From Octopus vulgaris (lineage: Eukaryota): a stretch of DNA of 64,000 nt. The notes under the pieces are model-generated. The model had not been told where the DNA came from and did not search any database. It saw only the letters and a list, made by a program, of their open reading frames with translations. Numbering within the stretch: position 1 is the stretch's first letter; every line of letters starts with the position of its first letter. The DNA lies in the NCBI GenBank assembly GCA_951406725.2, contig OX597832.1, forward strand, positions 22,630,001 through 22,694,000, written 5' to 3'. Shown piece by piece: positions 13,126-26,255 of the stretch. A program made the position numbers and the translations under genes.

Positions 13126-13874
13126 AATTATTCCGAATCAAATACAATAAACTGCTCAACCTTGTATACAAATTCGGTAGGAGAGGATATTCGTTGAGCG
13201 ATGCCTCTAATTTTCAAACGTCAGGTAATCGACTCGATTTATCCATACAGGTGAGAAGCATAATCGATAGTAATAACACACATTAAAGTTAAGCTCAATA
13301 GTCAAGAATAGTATAATACTTATTGCGTACTGCACATGTATAGTCAGATGCTCACCGATATTTCCAATATTTACACTCGAATACTTGTTGATGAAATTAA
13401 TATTAATAATTAATGGTAGCGCAGGAAATTACTGTCATATTACAGAGTAACTTGTGGCGAAATCCATTGATATGACCGCTATTTAAAATTTTTGAAATTA
13501 CTTGTCAGCTGTTTAGGGAAGTTTAATAACCTGGAGGCAGGGATGTGGCTTTACTGACAAAGATCCTCCCAGGTTACTAAGGTTAATGCAATTTTAACTA
13601 ACGGTTTGGTGATCTGTGAAGGCAAATATGCGTAGAAACAAAATTCTAGAAATCCAGGCTGCAGAGATGATGATTAAAGAAATTATTTAGTTCGTGGTTG
13701 GTGAGTGGGAGAAGTTTGAGAATAATGAGTGAAAGAGAAGGTGTGTAAATCAGTTGGAGTGATGGGGAAATTACACAACATCCGAGTTTAGATTAATGCG
13801 AGCCATTACACTAAGGATAGAAAATGAAGGAGAGAGAAAAAACTACGTATCGCAGTCATTTTATTACGAATCTA

Positions 13875-14441
13875 TTGGATTGTCCGGAAAGTTCGTGCCG
13901 GTTTTTAGAATAAAGAAAAAGGTCAATAAATTCTTGCCATTACATTTTTAATCAAACAAATATGAACTAGTTTCTTACACAATGCGTCTCCATCTTTCCT
14001 TTAACTTGAAAATACCCATCTTCCCAGAATTCAGGTGGTTTCATGGCAAAGAATTCACCAAAGTATCTTTTTACGTCATCCATGGAATTAAAATTTTTAC
14101 CATTAAGACTATTCTGCAGAGACCTTAATAAATGGAAATCCGAAGGAGCAATATCTGGTGAATATAAAGGGCGAGGTAACACATCCCAGCCGAGCTGCAG
14201 CAATTTCTGTCTGGTTCCCAAAGCATCAAGTGCCGAAAATGCACCTTCTTATCTTCCATTTGAAAGGGTTACAGAATTAACATAGGTTAAAGGAACATAA
14301 ATCTTCTCCTACGAAAGGATACCTTAAACTGTGCTCTAAATGGAGGTGTAGTCAAATCCTATTTTATGGACTCAATCATATTCTAAAATTAGTCGAAAGA
14401 TAAGCTACTATAAATCGACACGAACTTTCCGGACAACCCAA
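13875..14441 (-). mobile_element. Internally deleted mariner transposon with transposase remnant
   Basis: ~30-bp TIRs TTGGATTGTCCGGAAAGTTCGTG / CACGAACTTTCCGGACAACCCAA, TA at left; N-terminus MEDKKVHFRHLMLW (ATG at 14259) fused to C-terminal ...LGWDVLPRPLYSPDIAPSDFHL (mariner YSPDLAPxD motif). Confidence 0.92.
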
Positions 14442-14839
14442 TGTATTTGTGCGATGAGGAATTTATATAGTGTATGTTGCTTATATTAATCGGACAGATG
14501 TCCTCATTTTGATGGTTGATATCACTGCATTTCGGCTGTTTTATGCTCCCGCCTTGTTCAGGTGTTTCGTGTCAATTAATTGCCCAGATGAGGCTTTCCT
14601 TGTGTCAAGACTGCACACTTACGTCGTATGTAGGAAACGGGACGTCTGGAAGATATGACTTTTAGAAACCATATGTATTCCATTCACCAAGAATTGAAGG
14701 AAAAACAAACCATAACTCAATATAAAATAAACGGTTGCTTACGAGTGTTTAAATCCATACAGAGACATTGGAATAAAGAGCATTACAAAGAACATAACAG
14801 TGCAAACTAAAGGACTCGCGAGAGATCGCTCCATATTAA

Positions 14840-15060
14840 CCCATTTTAACAAACTGTCCTCGTTTGAGGACTATTGTATTTGGTGTGTTTATTGCAATAA
14901 TTGTTAACTGGTCGAAAATAGTGCTTGTTGTATTTATTTCACCATTGTATTTGATTTATTTACTGAAATAAAGGTTAACTGGACGCTTCTATATGTTTGT
15001 TATCCCTATTTATATAACTATCTTCAAAATTTCGACAGGGTTAACCTGGGTTAAAATGGG
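14840..15060. mobile_element. piggyBac-type MITE, 221 bp
   Basis: TTAA|CCCATTTTAAC ... GTTAAAATGGG|TTAA: TTAA TSD and CCC/GGG termini. Confidence 0.85.
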
Positions 15061-15877
15061 TTAATGTAGAGAGCTGCAGGTGTTTCCAGAAATGGAAGAA
15101 TATCTTCATTCTGATTTCAAACTTAGTAACAGATAGCTTCCATTATTACCTTTGACGCTTTGTAGCATAATAACCAGAGATATACCCGAACCGATTTAGT
15201 AGATTTAACTCTCATTTACAAAACAACCGATGTAAAAGAACGTTAAGCTTTTTCTCTCTTCTCAATTCACATTTCTATTATTGACGCAAGACAAAATAGG
15301 TAAAGTAATAAAGACTGTATACTTTGAAACCATACGGCTTCTACGTAGATAGGTACTTATCCGTCAGTCGATATTTATTCGAGAAACAGTAATTCGAGAA
15401 AATCACCAAGGCGTTGATAATAGATCCGTTGTGATTGCCACAGTGATATGCATGTTTTGCAAATCAACGAGTAAGTTTATCTGTGAATTAAATTTTTACT
15501 GTAAAAATTTTTTTTTACTTTCTGGAAGTCAATGAAAGAAGGATTGTTAAAAAGACTACTCAATCGTAAAGATTTGAATTGCCTTCCTGGTCAATTGTTA
15601 ATAATTTAGATTAACTATTTACAAGTAATTTCTTTTTTTTTAAGTACGATGCTACTTTTCTTAGATAAAGAGACTAGAAATCAAGACGAGAGTGATTCAA
15701 TTGGAAGTTAGATGGTTTTACCATGACCAGAATAAGAAAGCAAGATCGATATCAATTGCCTGGACAAGAAATTTGCATCACCGTTCTATGTGGAATTGTT
15801 TGGTAAAATGTCTCATGAAGGTCAATTAATTCCTAGTTTCTTTTTACGGATCACATTCTTTTATATACACTTACGTA

Positions 15878-16130
15878 TGCGCGTGGCTAAGTGTGTGGGG
15901 TGTTGCACTCAGGATCGCAAGATCGATGTTTCGATTCCCGGATCGAGTGGTGTGTTGTCCTCTTGGACAAAGCAACTTCATTCCACATTGTTCCTGTCTC
16001 TCAGCTGTAAAGGAATATATCTGCAACGGAGATATATCTGCGCCGTTCAAGGTGTAAGTTGTTATCTGTGCTGCTTACACGCCGTAGAAATCGGGTAACT
16101 AGTCTTATAAGACCTAGGATCCCACACGAA
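15878..16130 (+). mobile_element. Diverged tRNA-derived SINE (CORE-like head plus V-like tail)
   Basis: GCGCGTGGCTAAGTG...GTTTCGATTCCC...; similar to 54235-54480. Confidence 0.6.
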
Positions 16131-16196
16131 ACGGTCATTTCCAGGAGACGTCACGTATTTTTTATGCATTTTTATACGACACACCGTTTTGTTTCT

Positions 16197-16582
16197 GGAT
16201 GGAAGCACTCCGTCGGTTACGACGACGAGGGTTCCGGTTGATCCGAATCAACGGAACAGCCTGCTCGTGAAATTAACGTGTAAGTGGCTGAGCACTCCAC
16301 AGACACGTGTACCCTTAACGCAGTTCTTGGGGATATTCAGCGTGACACAGAGAGTGACAAGGCCGGCCCTTTGAAGTACAGGTACAACAGAAACAGGAAG
16401 TAAGAGTGAGAGAAAGTTGTGGTGAAAGAGTACAGCAGGGATCACCACCATCCCCTGCCGGAGCCTCGTGGAGCTTTAGGTGTTTTCGCTCAATAAACAC
16501 TCACAACGCCCGGTCTGGGAATCGAAACCACGATCCTATGACCGCGAGTCCGCTGCCCTCACCACTGGGCCATTGCGCCTCC
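16197..16582 (-). mobile_element. tRNA-derived SINE family C, full length
   Basis: 13-bp TSD CCGTTTTGTTTCT (16184-96 / 16582-94); A/B-box-like head. Confidence 0.92.
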
Positions 16583-16897
16583 CGTTTTGTTTCTACAGTA
16601 AAGACAGCAGTGGTTGTATTTTCAGACCAATTAAATCCTCTGAATAGATTTATTATTTCTCTTGGCTTTGTGACATATCTACTTATCGAGGTACAGTGCA
16701 ATACGTGTTACATAAAGAAGCTCAATTAAATTAGGCTCAAAAACACTAGGGCCATTTACTAAACGTTGATAAGATATTAGAACAGTGCACATCCTCGTTT
16801 CGATCTCTTCATTTCATTTACATCGGCACTGCATGTATAAAAGCATAGATGTCATATATTCTTATCATCCCTCCATTATATAGATTGTCAGTGAAAT

Positions 16898-17479
16898 GCG
16901 GCGAGCTGGCAGAAACGTTAGCGCGCCGGGCGCAATGCGTTGCGGTATCTCGTCTGCCGCTACGTGCTGAGTTCAAATTCTGCCGAGGTCGACTTTGCCT
17001 TTCATCCTTTCGGGGGTCGATTACATAAGTACCAGTTACGCACTGGGGTCGATATAATCGACTTACTCCGTTTGTCTGTCCTTGTTTGTCTTCTCTATGT
17101 TTAGCCCCTTGTGGGTAATAAAGAAATAGGTATTTCGTCTGCCGCTACGTTCTGAGTTCAAATTCCGCCGAGGTCGACTTTGCCTTTCATCCTTTCGGGG
17201 GTCGATTAAATAAGTACCAGTTACGCACTAGGGTCGATATAATCGACTTACTCCGTTTGTCTGTCCTTGTTTGTCCTCTCTGTGTTTAGCCCCTTGTGGG
17301 TAGTAAAGAAATAGGTATTTCGTCTGCCGTTACGTTGTGGGTTCAAATTCCACCGAGGTTAACTTTGCCTTTCATCCTTTCGAGGTCGATAAATTAAGTA
17401 CCAGTTGCGTACTGGGGTCTATCTAATCAATTGGCCCCCCTCCCCCAAGATTTTAGGCCTTGTGCGTAGTGTAGAAAAG
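16898..17479 (+). mobile_element. SINE family B multimer (head + two 185-bp units + terminal unit)
   Basis: Units start at 16945, 17130, 17315; 16-bp TSD ATATAGATTGTCA(G/A)TG at 16878-93 / 17480-95. Confidence 0.93.
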
Positions 17480-17836
17480 ATATAGATTGTCAATGTAGTG
17501 TGTAGATATCTGTAGGATATCGATTTTAAATGTTCGATTATTTTAGTTTTCTTGTCTATATTCATCGTTTATCGATTACCTAATGACGAGCATGTGGACT
17601 CTGGAAACCTCTAATTCGTCGCATGATCTACTCGAATTATCAGTTAGATTCCACTCAAATCACACGCCAACATATTTAAAAAGTGAATGACACATTAGAT
17701 AAATACTGTAAATTTAGATATTAATTGCTTTCAAGGACACGGTATTTCGTTTTCAACCCTCATACACTACCAAGTATATTAAACGTTCACTATTCAATAT
17801 TGTGTCTTGCTTCTGTGTTAGCAGTGCGATGTTCTC

Positions 17837-18040
17837 ATTTTTAAGTTTTACCTCTGCAGATTTTATATAAAACCCAGAGAACGCACTGAACGTCACGACG
17901 TTTTGCATACGAATACCGCTACATAAGCAATGCCTTCAATCGCACTGTTTACATAAACGTATTCGTATACAAAACGTCATAATTTTCAGTGCTGCCTCTG
18001 AATCCTATATAAAAACCTATAGTGATTAACGTGGAAAATG
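17837..18040. mobile_element. Old fold-back/MITE-like inverted repeat
   Basis: TTTTATATA...GCACTGAA..GACGTTTTGCATACGAATAC is the approximate reverse complement of GTATTCGTATACAAAACGTC..TTCAGTGC...TATATAAAA. Confidence 0.65.
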
Positions 18041-18803
18041 TAGCCGTAGACTGAACTGTCACGGTTGGAATTGCTTTAGGTACAGATCTGTTGGATTAGG
18101 TTTGGTTTAACTAAACAGCAACAGACAGCATCTTCCTAGAACAACAACAAAACAGAGTTTACATCTCCGTGTTATAAAAAGACAAGCCATTAAATATATT
18201 TCCATTTACAGAATGTACATGGTACTTCATTGACTAAATTACAAAGAACCATTTTATTTTGTCATATGCTTGCGTAATGCATCACATAATTATTTTTGTC
18301 AAATACGACAAAGAAAAAAAAAGAGAGAAGGGGGAAAATGACATCCATTTTGTAGTGCTGTACGCAGACACATATAAGAAACTTATAACAGAAACAGAGA
18401 GGAAAAAAAGACAATGTTTTTACAGATTTTAAAAGTCACATTAGTTAGACTAAGCAAAAAAAGATAATTCCATTGAAGTAATTACTTGGTACATTTGATT
18501 ATTGTTTGACTAGAAATTTCTTAATTGTGAAAGACATACAGGGCAGAAACCTATGTGGGTAGAAATCTATATTAAGTATTTGAGATAATAAAAGAATCCG
18601 TCATTGAATTAGGCAACCGTGTTAGAAATAACTATTACGGGTAGGACGAAACCATTGCAGAATCCAAAAGTGTTCTATATCGTAGTTAAAAAAAAAAACA
18701 TGATTTGATAGGCAAAGGCAGGAGTTTTTCTTGTCCTTCTTTGAATGGCGAAGTTGATTTGGTTACGGTTCGTGTTTAGCTTGAATAGTCATATCTTTTG
18801 TTT

Positions 18804-19218
18804 TTACTCTCTTTACTCTTTTACTCTTTTACTGGTTTCAGTCATTTGACTGCGGCCATGCTGGAGCACCGCCTTTAATCGAGCAACTCGACCCCGGGAC
18901 TTATTCTTTTGTAAGCCCAGTACTTATTCTATCAGTCTCTTTTTGCCGAACCGCTAAGTAACGTGGACATAAACGCACCAGCATCGGTTGTCAAGCAATG
19001 CTAGGGGGACAAACACAGACACACAAACACACACACACGCATACATACATATATACGACGGGCTTCTTTCAGTTTCCGTTTACCAAATCCACTCACAACG
19101 CTTTGGTCGGCCCGAGGCTATAGTAGAAGACACTTGCGCAAGGTGCCACGCAGTGGGACTGAACCCGGAACCATGTGGTTGGTAAGCAAGCTACTTACAA
19201 CACAACCACTCCTGCGCC
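18804..19218 (-). mobile_element. SINE family A, full length
   Basis: Reverse complement of 23517-23945; (TAAAAGAG)n tail. Confidence 0.93.
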
Positions 19219-20120
19219 TATTGAATTTATCTTTTTAGTTGAATCACTCATTAGACTACAGCCATACTGGAGCACCGCTTTGAACAATTAGCTTTCGGTC
19301 GAATTAATTGAGCCCAGTATTTGTACATTTTTAAGGTTGTAACTTATTCTATCGGTCACTTTGCCGAACCGCTAAGTTACGGGTATGTAAACACATCAAA
19401 ACCGGTTGTCAAGGTGCCTAACAGTGGAACTGAACCCAGAACCTTAGGTTTTTATTTTCCTTGCTGAGTCTTTGCCATTAATGTTCTACTTGAAGTATTG
19501 CAGATCAATACTTGCAGAAAGAAGGTGATTCCAGAGAAATGGTTTCAGGTGAAGATGAAGGCTTGAGCTTAGCAGGGGGAAAAGGTTGGTTTGGGCATAC
19601 CAAGGGTGACAACAATTGGAGAGACGAATTGATCGCGCGATGGAGGTACGAGACCAGCCATGTCCTTGGGCGTTATCTTCCAAGATATTCTAGCCTTAAG
19701 TATATTGTTCTTCTATCAGCAGACAACGAATAACAAGACCATCCGTTGTAGACAATCGTCTGGTTTCCTTAAGCGTAATGACGACGTGGAACAACCATTT
19801 GAGGTCACCAGTGAAAACAGAAATATTCACCCAGCAACGTGTTTGTTAGACCCCAGATACCCTTTCACATTGATAGGACAACATAAGGTAAAACAAACAG
19901 TGCCAAGTACTCGTTACAACCTGAGCATGATACCCAGTACGAAAGCACGTCTTCTCTTTACGAGTTTTAGTAATTGCACAACGGTCATGCTAGAACACAT
20001 TTTTGAAAGGGGATGTAAACGAACAAACACAGGTTTTCAGGCGATAGGACAAACACAGACACAAAGACACACACATATATATACATATCTCTTTCTGTCA
20101 CTCACTCACTCACTTCCACA

Positions 20121-20152
<32 letters not shown>

Positions 20153-21655
20153 ATATCTATCTATTACATCTATCTATCTATCAATCTATCTATCTATCTT
20201 CTTCCCATATATATATAAATATATATATAACTATATATAAGCTATATAAATCGATATATGTATATATATATATATATGTTTATATATATATATATATATA
20301 TAAATATATATAAATATATATATAACTATATATAACTGTATATATATATATATATATACGGACCGGCGTCCCGTCCAGGTGGGGAACCTCTACACGAAGG
20401 AAAACGGGAAACCGGCCCTAATGAACCAGTCATGGCTCGACAAGGAAAAACGTGACATTTGTCCGTCCGGGTCTGAGCAGAGGACACCGGTCTGAGATGC
20501 TACGCAGCAGGTGGGCCAGAAATACGTGGTTACAAAGCTGGTTTCTTAACCATACCGCCATTACTGCAACTAGCCATATCTGCACCTAAGAAATCAGAAT
20601 TTGTCTGCTATGAATGCATACTTACGGTAGACATACGATGTTTGTATGAAGTAAATGTGGCGAAAACTTAATAACAAAAACCGAAAAAGGAAAGAATTAC
20701 AAGAAGGAAATAATACAAAACGTAGTCACAGTATCCATTGAGTTTGATGTAAATGCTCTTGTGGTTTAATCAATAATGTTTTGAAAGACGTAGATTTATT
20801 TTGCTTATTTTTACTTTGTCAATCCCCTACTGCTTGTAAATTAACTTCAGTTTTGGAACAAGTCTCCTTGGTTTGAATTTCGTTAAGTACATCATATTTT
20901 TTTTATTGATTAAATAACGAAATAATTCGATAAATTTATTAAATTCAGTTGAAAATATCTTAAGATTTCTGATAACAAATATTCTAAGTTTAAAAATCGA
21001 AAGAAAATATTTAACGTGTCTAACAATTTATAAGAAATCTATATTCAGATAGAATTTCATGGAGGATTCTCTGAAGTGTATACATTTTATCAATAAATAA
21101 GCCATCGATTGATATCTTTCTAAACATGACCACCTCATACAAAATTACACCTGCATGTTTTCAACAATCCTACGGATCGAGATGAATGTCCACCATGTTC
21201 AAATTCTGTAGACACTCATTGTTGATGTTGTTATTAAGCAACAAGACGGGTAAGGGTGATTAGGTGATGGTCTAAGGCTTAGGGGCGGGAGACCCCAGAC
21301 CTTGGAAAAAAATAACTTTGGTTGTCTTGTTGTAGTCGAGGGTTCTTCATTGACCCCCGAGACTACTGGGAAGTGGCCCTCGAAGTCGCTGGAAATGGAG
21401 ATCTCCAGGTCCAAATTCTTGAACGGCTAGACACTCATTTGACAATGTAGACTATGGAGGGATACGCAAGGTCTGTGGCAAAGAAGAGATGTCTTGTGTG
21501 GGTCTACAAGAGAGGAGAAACATTGTTGCTTACCATTGCATTCTACGCCCAGCCTTATCTTTCAGATGTTAGTTTGTGTGCGTCGAACTGTTCGATTTCA
21601 TTACGGACGATCTGTTTTTCTACCAACGATACTCCTTCCTATACATTAAAAAAAG

Positions 21656-21974
21656 GAGCACTCCGTCGGTTACGACGACGAGGATCCTAGCTGATACGAT
21701 CAACGTAACAGCTTGTTCGTGAAATTAACGTACAAGTGACTGAGCAATCCACAGACACGGGTACCCTTAACGCAATTCTCAGGGAGATTCAGCGTGACAC
21801 AGACTGTGACAAGGCTGGCCCTTTGAAATACAGGTACAACTCATTTTTACCAGCTGAGTGGACTGGAGCAACGTGAAATAAAGTGTCTTGCTCAAGGACA
21901 CAACGCGTCGCCGGGAATTGAACTCACGACTTTATTGTGAACCGAATGCCCTAACCACTAAGCCACGCGCCTTC
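21656..21974 (-). mobile_element. tRNA/CORE-like head SINE with family C tail
   Basis: Head GAAGGCGCGTGGCTTAGTGG...GTCCTTGAGCAAGACACTT; tail shared with 16197-16390. Confidence 0.88.
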
Positions 21975-22408
21975 ACATTAAGACTACACATTTTAACATA
22001 CGTTTTTGAACTGTTTCCTTTGTCCTCATCGCAGGTGAATTCCTTCATTGTTCTTCGAGTCAAACATGTTTTTGGCAATCGATGACATGTTTGGTAATCG
22101 ACACCTGTTTTTAGGAAAATCGATATGTTTGGCAATCTGCGATAATAAGCTGATGTTGGTAATCAGAGCTCTGTCGCAAGAGATAATGTCTTTCTTTGGC
22201 TTATTGCCATTTCCTCGTTGCAGACTTCCTGCTGTTGGAAGTTAGAAGTCCATGGCGGTATGTTTCCAGCTTAATTTACCCAGGATTCAGAGTCATATGC
22301 GGAATTGGACATGTCAACATCTCTATACAAAAGTTATACATACATACATACATACATACATACATACATACATACATACATACATACATACATACATACA
22401 TACATAAA

Positions 22409-22450
<42 letters not shown>

Positions 22451-22471
22451 TGCGTGCGTGTGTGTGTATCG

Positions 22472-22847
22472 TGGCACTCTGTCGGTTCCGATGACGAGGG
22501 TTCCACTTGATCCGATCAACGGAACAGCCTGCTCGTGAAATTAACGTGCAAGTGGCTGAGGATTCCACAGACACGTGTACCCTTAACGTAGATCTCGGGG
22601 AGATTCTGCGTGACAAAGAATGAGACAAGGCCGGTCCTTTGAAATATAGGACAAGAGAAACGGGCAGAAAGAGTGAGAGAAAGCTGTGGTGAACGAATAC
22701 AGCAGGGTTCGCCACCCCCCTGTCCCAAATCGTAGAGTTTTAGGTGTTTTCGCTCAATAAACAGTCTTCAAAACCGGTCTGGGAATCGAAACCGAGATCT
22801 TATGACCGCGTGTCCGTTGCCTTAACCACTGGGCCAATACACCTCCA
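22472..22847 (-). mobile_element. SINE family C, diverged
   Basis: Colinear with 16197-16582. Confidence 0.85.
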
Positions 22848-22927
22848 CATATGTATATACATACATAGGTACATACACAAACATGTATATATATACATAC
22901 ATACATACATACATACATACACACACT

Positions 22928-22963
<36 letters not shown>

Positions 22964-23516
22964 CCGTGACGGTGACCGACCAGGCCATCAGATGTTGTTA
23001 CATATCGCTGGTCACAATGCGCTTCGCATTGTTTTAGCCTTCAAATGACGCCACCCTGCTGGCTAAGCGAGCAGGCGAATATATATATATATATAACGTG
23101 GTTTGCTTCTGGTGATTTACCATAATTAAAGAGAAGAGAATATTCTGAGTTAAACCAAGGTATATTGAAGAACATGCATATTTAATTGATAACTTTTAAT
23201 TACTTTCTTACGTAGAATATAATAAAGTTCTAAAAGCGTTTAGTCGCTGATAGTCGTATATGCTACCATTTCATCCTCCTTCGGAGTCCTCGGCACCACG
23301 TAACTGGAGACATAAATTAACTAAGCTAAACTCAACATTCTAAAAAGATTCTTAAAAAGAGAGAAAAAAAGAAACATCTTATTTCTTGAAGTGTTTCGTC
23401 TTCATCCTAAATCGTCAATTGTGTAGCAGTAGACAAAAAAAAAAAAAGAATTTCTTATATACAAGTAAAATATTTCCAGGACAAACTTGTCTTGCAAAAA
23501 ATTTCTTTGTGTAATA

Positions 23517-23945
23517 GGCGCAGGAGTGGCTGTGTGGTAAGTAGCTTGTTTACCAACCACATGGTTCCGGGTTCAGTCCCACTGCGTGGCACCTTGGGCA
23601 AGTGTCTTCTACTATAGCCTCGGGCCGACCAAAGCCCTTGTGAGTGGATTTGGTAGACGGAAACTGAAAGAAGCCCGTCGTATATATGTATATATATATA
23701 TATATGTTTGTGTGTGTATGTGTTTGTGTGTCTGTGTTTGTCCCCCTATCATTGCTTGACAACCGATGCTGGTGTGTTTATGTCCTCGTTAACTTAGCGG
23801 TTCGGCAAAAAGAGACCGATAGAATAAGTACTGGGCTTACAAAAGAATAAATCCCGGGGTCGAGTTGCTAGATTAAAGGCGGTGCTCCAGCATGGCCGCA
23901 GTCAAATGACTGAAACCAGTAAAAGAGTAAAAAGAGTAAAGAGTA
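23517..23945 (+). mobile_element. tRNA-derived SINE family A, full length (internal TA/TG microsatellite)
   Basis: GGCGCAGGAGTGGCTGTGTGG (A-box-like), GGTTCAGTCCC (B-box-like), CCTTGGGCAAGTGTCTT (CORE-like), tail TAAAAGAG repeats. Confidence 0.93.
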
Positions 23946-24194
23946 TATTTCTCTTTCGTGCCATTAAGAACTTCTGGCTGATATTTCATATTGAGCTATA
24001 CGTCGTACTATTTCATCTTGTCCTATTAGCGGCATTTTTTCCGTCCTAAGTTCTTAGTTCAAATTTTGCTCAGGTCGACGTTGCCTTAAATTTTTTAGGG
24101 CTCATGGAATTCGATACTAGTTCAGTATTGGGGTCAATGTAACCGACTATTCGCATCCTCCAGATTTCAGACATTGTGTCTTTAATAAAAAGGA

Positions 24195-24511
24195 TATGAT
24201 GACGTTGGGATTGCACCTAGAAAATTCTCCGAGGCACAAGTCCTGGCAAGGCTGTTTATGGAAGACCAGCAGTCAGCCATGCATACCAGATTCCCCTCTC
24301 CACGCCACCGATGTTATCCAAGGGAAACGCAAAGGCCGATACAGCGTTGGTACCGGTGATGTCGCAACTCATTTCTTAGCTGAGTGAACTGGAGTAATGT
24401 GAAATAAAGCGTCTTGCTCAAGAACACAACACAACATCCCGGTCTGGGAAACGACCTCGCTACCTCACGATTGTGAGCTCGACGCTCTAACCACCGGTCC
24501 ATGCGCTTTCA
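24195..24511 (-). mobile_element. CORE-like head SINE with a fourth tail type
   Basis: Head as in 21656-21974; different 3' module (GAGTTGCGACATCACCGG...GTGCAATCCC). Confidence 0.75.
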
Positions 24512-24591
24512 CCCTTTAACCTATATATGTTGCATGTATCGCGTCCTCGTATTGTTGTTTCTTTCCTTGTGTTTTTCTCAGATTTAAAAAA

Positions 24592-24644
<53 letters not shown>

Positions 24645-24757
24645 CATATGTTCTATTTCTATTCCTGAGCGCCATACTAATACAATTGTTTGTTTGTACT
24701 CCACCTGCCTTCGTCTTTTGTTTATTTTCGTAAACCTTCCCGTTACATATATATATA

Positions 24758-24922
24758 GGCGCAGGAGTGGCTGTGTGGTAAGTAGCTTGTTTAGCAACCA
24801 CACGGTTCCGGGTTCAGTCCCACTGCGTGGCACCTTGGGCAAGTGTCTTCTACTATAGCCTCGGGCCGACCAAAGCCTTGTGAGTGGATTTGGTAGACGG
24901 AAACTGAAAGAAGCCCGTCGTA

Positions 24923-25016
<94 letters not shown>

Positions 25017-25256
25017 GTGTGTGTGTGTGTGTGTATGTGTGTGTTTGTGTGTCTGTGTTTGTCTCCCTAGCATTGCTTGACAGCCGATGCTGGTGTGTTT
25101 ATGTCCCCGTCACTTAGCGGTTCGGCAAAAAGAGACCGATAGAATAAGTACTGGGCTTACAAAGAATAAGTCCCGGGGTCGAGTTGCTCGATTAAAGGCG
25201 GTGCTCCAGCATGGCCGCAGTCAAATGACTGAAACAAGTAAAAGAGTAAAAGAGTA
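24758..25256 (+). mobile_element. SINE family A, full length
   Basis: Near-identical to 23517-23945 with an expanded internal (TA)n. Confidence 0.93.
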
Positions 25257-25398
25257 TACTATGAGCATTTTTATTCCCTTACCTTTACTCTCTGCCCTCA
25301 TTTAGCGGTCATTCTAATAGCTCTTTTGTCTTAATAACGGTCAATCACACAGTAATTTCCCTTTGTTTAACGGTCATTTTCATAACATTTTTTCGATG

Positions 25399-25467
25399 GC
25401 CGCATAACTGAAGAGAAGGCGGCGTGGTTTCCGCCCAGGCATCCGAAACTCGGAGTTTTATCATGGC
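25399..25467 (+). ncRNA. Type-I hammerhead ribozyme motif
   Basis: ataa-CTGAAGA-g..ggcgg/ccgcc..c-GAAA-ct cgg ag-TT-ttat; intact core, stems I, II, III formable, cleavage triplet GUU. Confidence 0.7.
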
Positions 25468-25553
25468 TACCGAATAATTGTCGCATATTATATTTACAGA
25501 TAAATTCCTCTATTTACATAATAAGTTCTCTTTCATTCTTTTGTTGTTTTACC

Positions 25554-25639
<86 letters not shown>

Positions 25640-25858
25640 TACATACTGAGTAGTATAAATACTTATAAAATACTTATACATTTGGATTAAATATTTGAAT
25701 CCCATCTGCATTAATAAATATATCAGAGAAGCAAGAAGCGATCTTAACCATTCAGATGAAATGCTAAAATTTAAGTTAGACGTCAAACCTCTTTATTCCA
25801 ATCATGTAAATCATAAACAATAATTCTTCTTTTTCTTATTCTTTTCCCCCCTTCCTTT

Positions 25859-25859
<1 letters not shown>

Positions 25860-25893
<34 letters not shown>

Positions 25894-25907
25894 TTACTAC
25901 TACCACC

Positions 25908-25963
<56 letters not shown>

Positions 25964-25976
25964 CACCACCACCACC

Positions 25977-26026
<50 letters not shown>

Positions 26027-26135
26027 CACCACCACCACCACCACTACCACCACCACCACCACCACTACTACTACTACTACTACCACCACTACCACCATCA
26101 ATCACTATTCCTACTACTACTACTACCACCACTAA

Positions 26136-26177
<42 letters not shown>

Positions 26178-26194
26178 CACCACCACCACCACCT

Positions 26195-26230
<36 letters not shown>

Positions 26231-26255
26231 TTACTACTACTACTACTACTACTAT
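25860..26255. repeat. Compound (CTA)n/(CCA)n repeat
   Basis: Direct inspection. Confidence 0.95.

Noticed and set aside
14582-14650. CAGATGAGG...GAAACGGGACGTCTGG hammerhead-like string
   Set aside because: The core is altered and stem II does not close next to GAAA
16500-16582. tRNA-like sequences (also 21900-21974, 61072-61150, 10260-10320, 12630-12670)
   Set aside because: They are SINE heads joined to SINE bodies; no convincing complete cloverleaf
16945-17400. Regular direct repeats resembling a CRISPR array
   Set aside because: These are 185-bp contiguous SINE units without unique spacers, in a eukaryotic context
19480-19780. GC-richer patches with short ORFs (also 21190-21560 and 28330-28700), perhaps LINE ORF1/5' remnants
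   Set aside because: No motif could be recognised with confidence
23258-23297. Minus-strand CCGAGGA-CTCCGAAGGAG-GATGAAATGGTAGCA
   Set aside because: Too many departures from the core to call without a consensus
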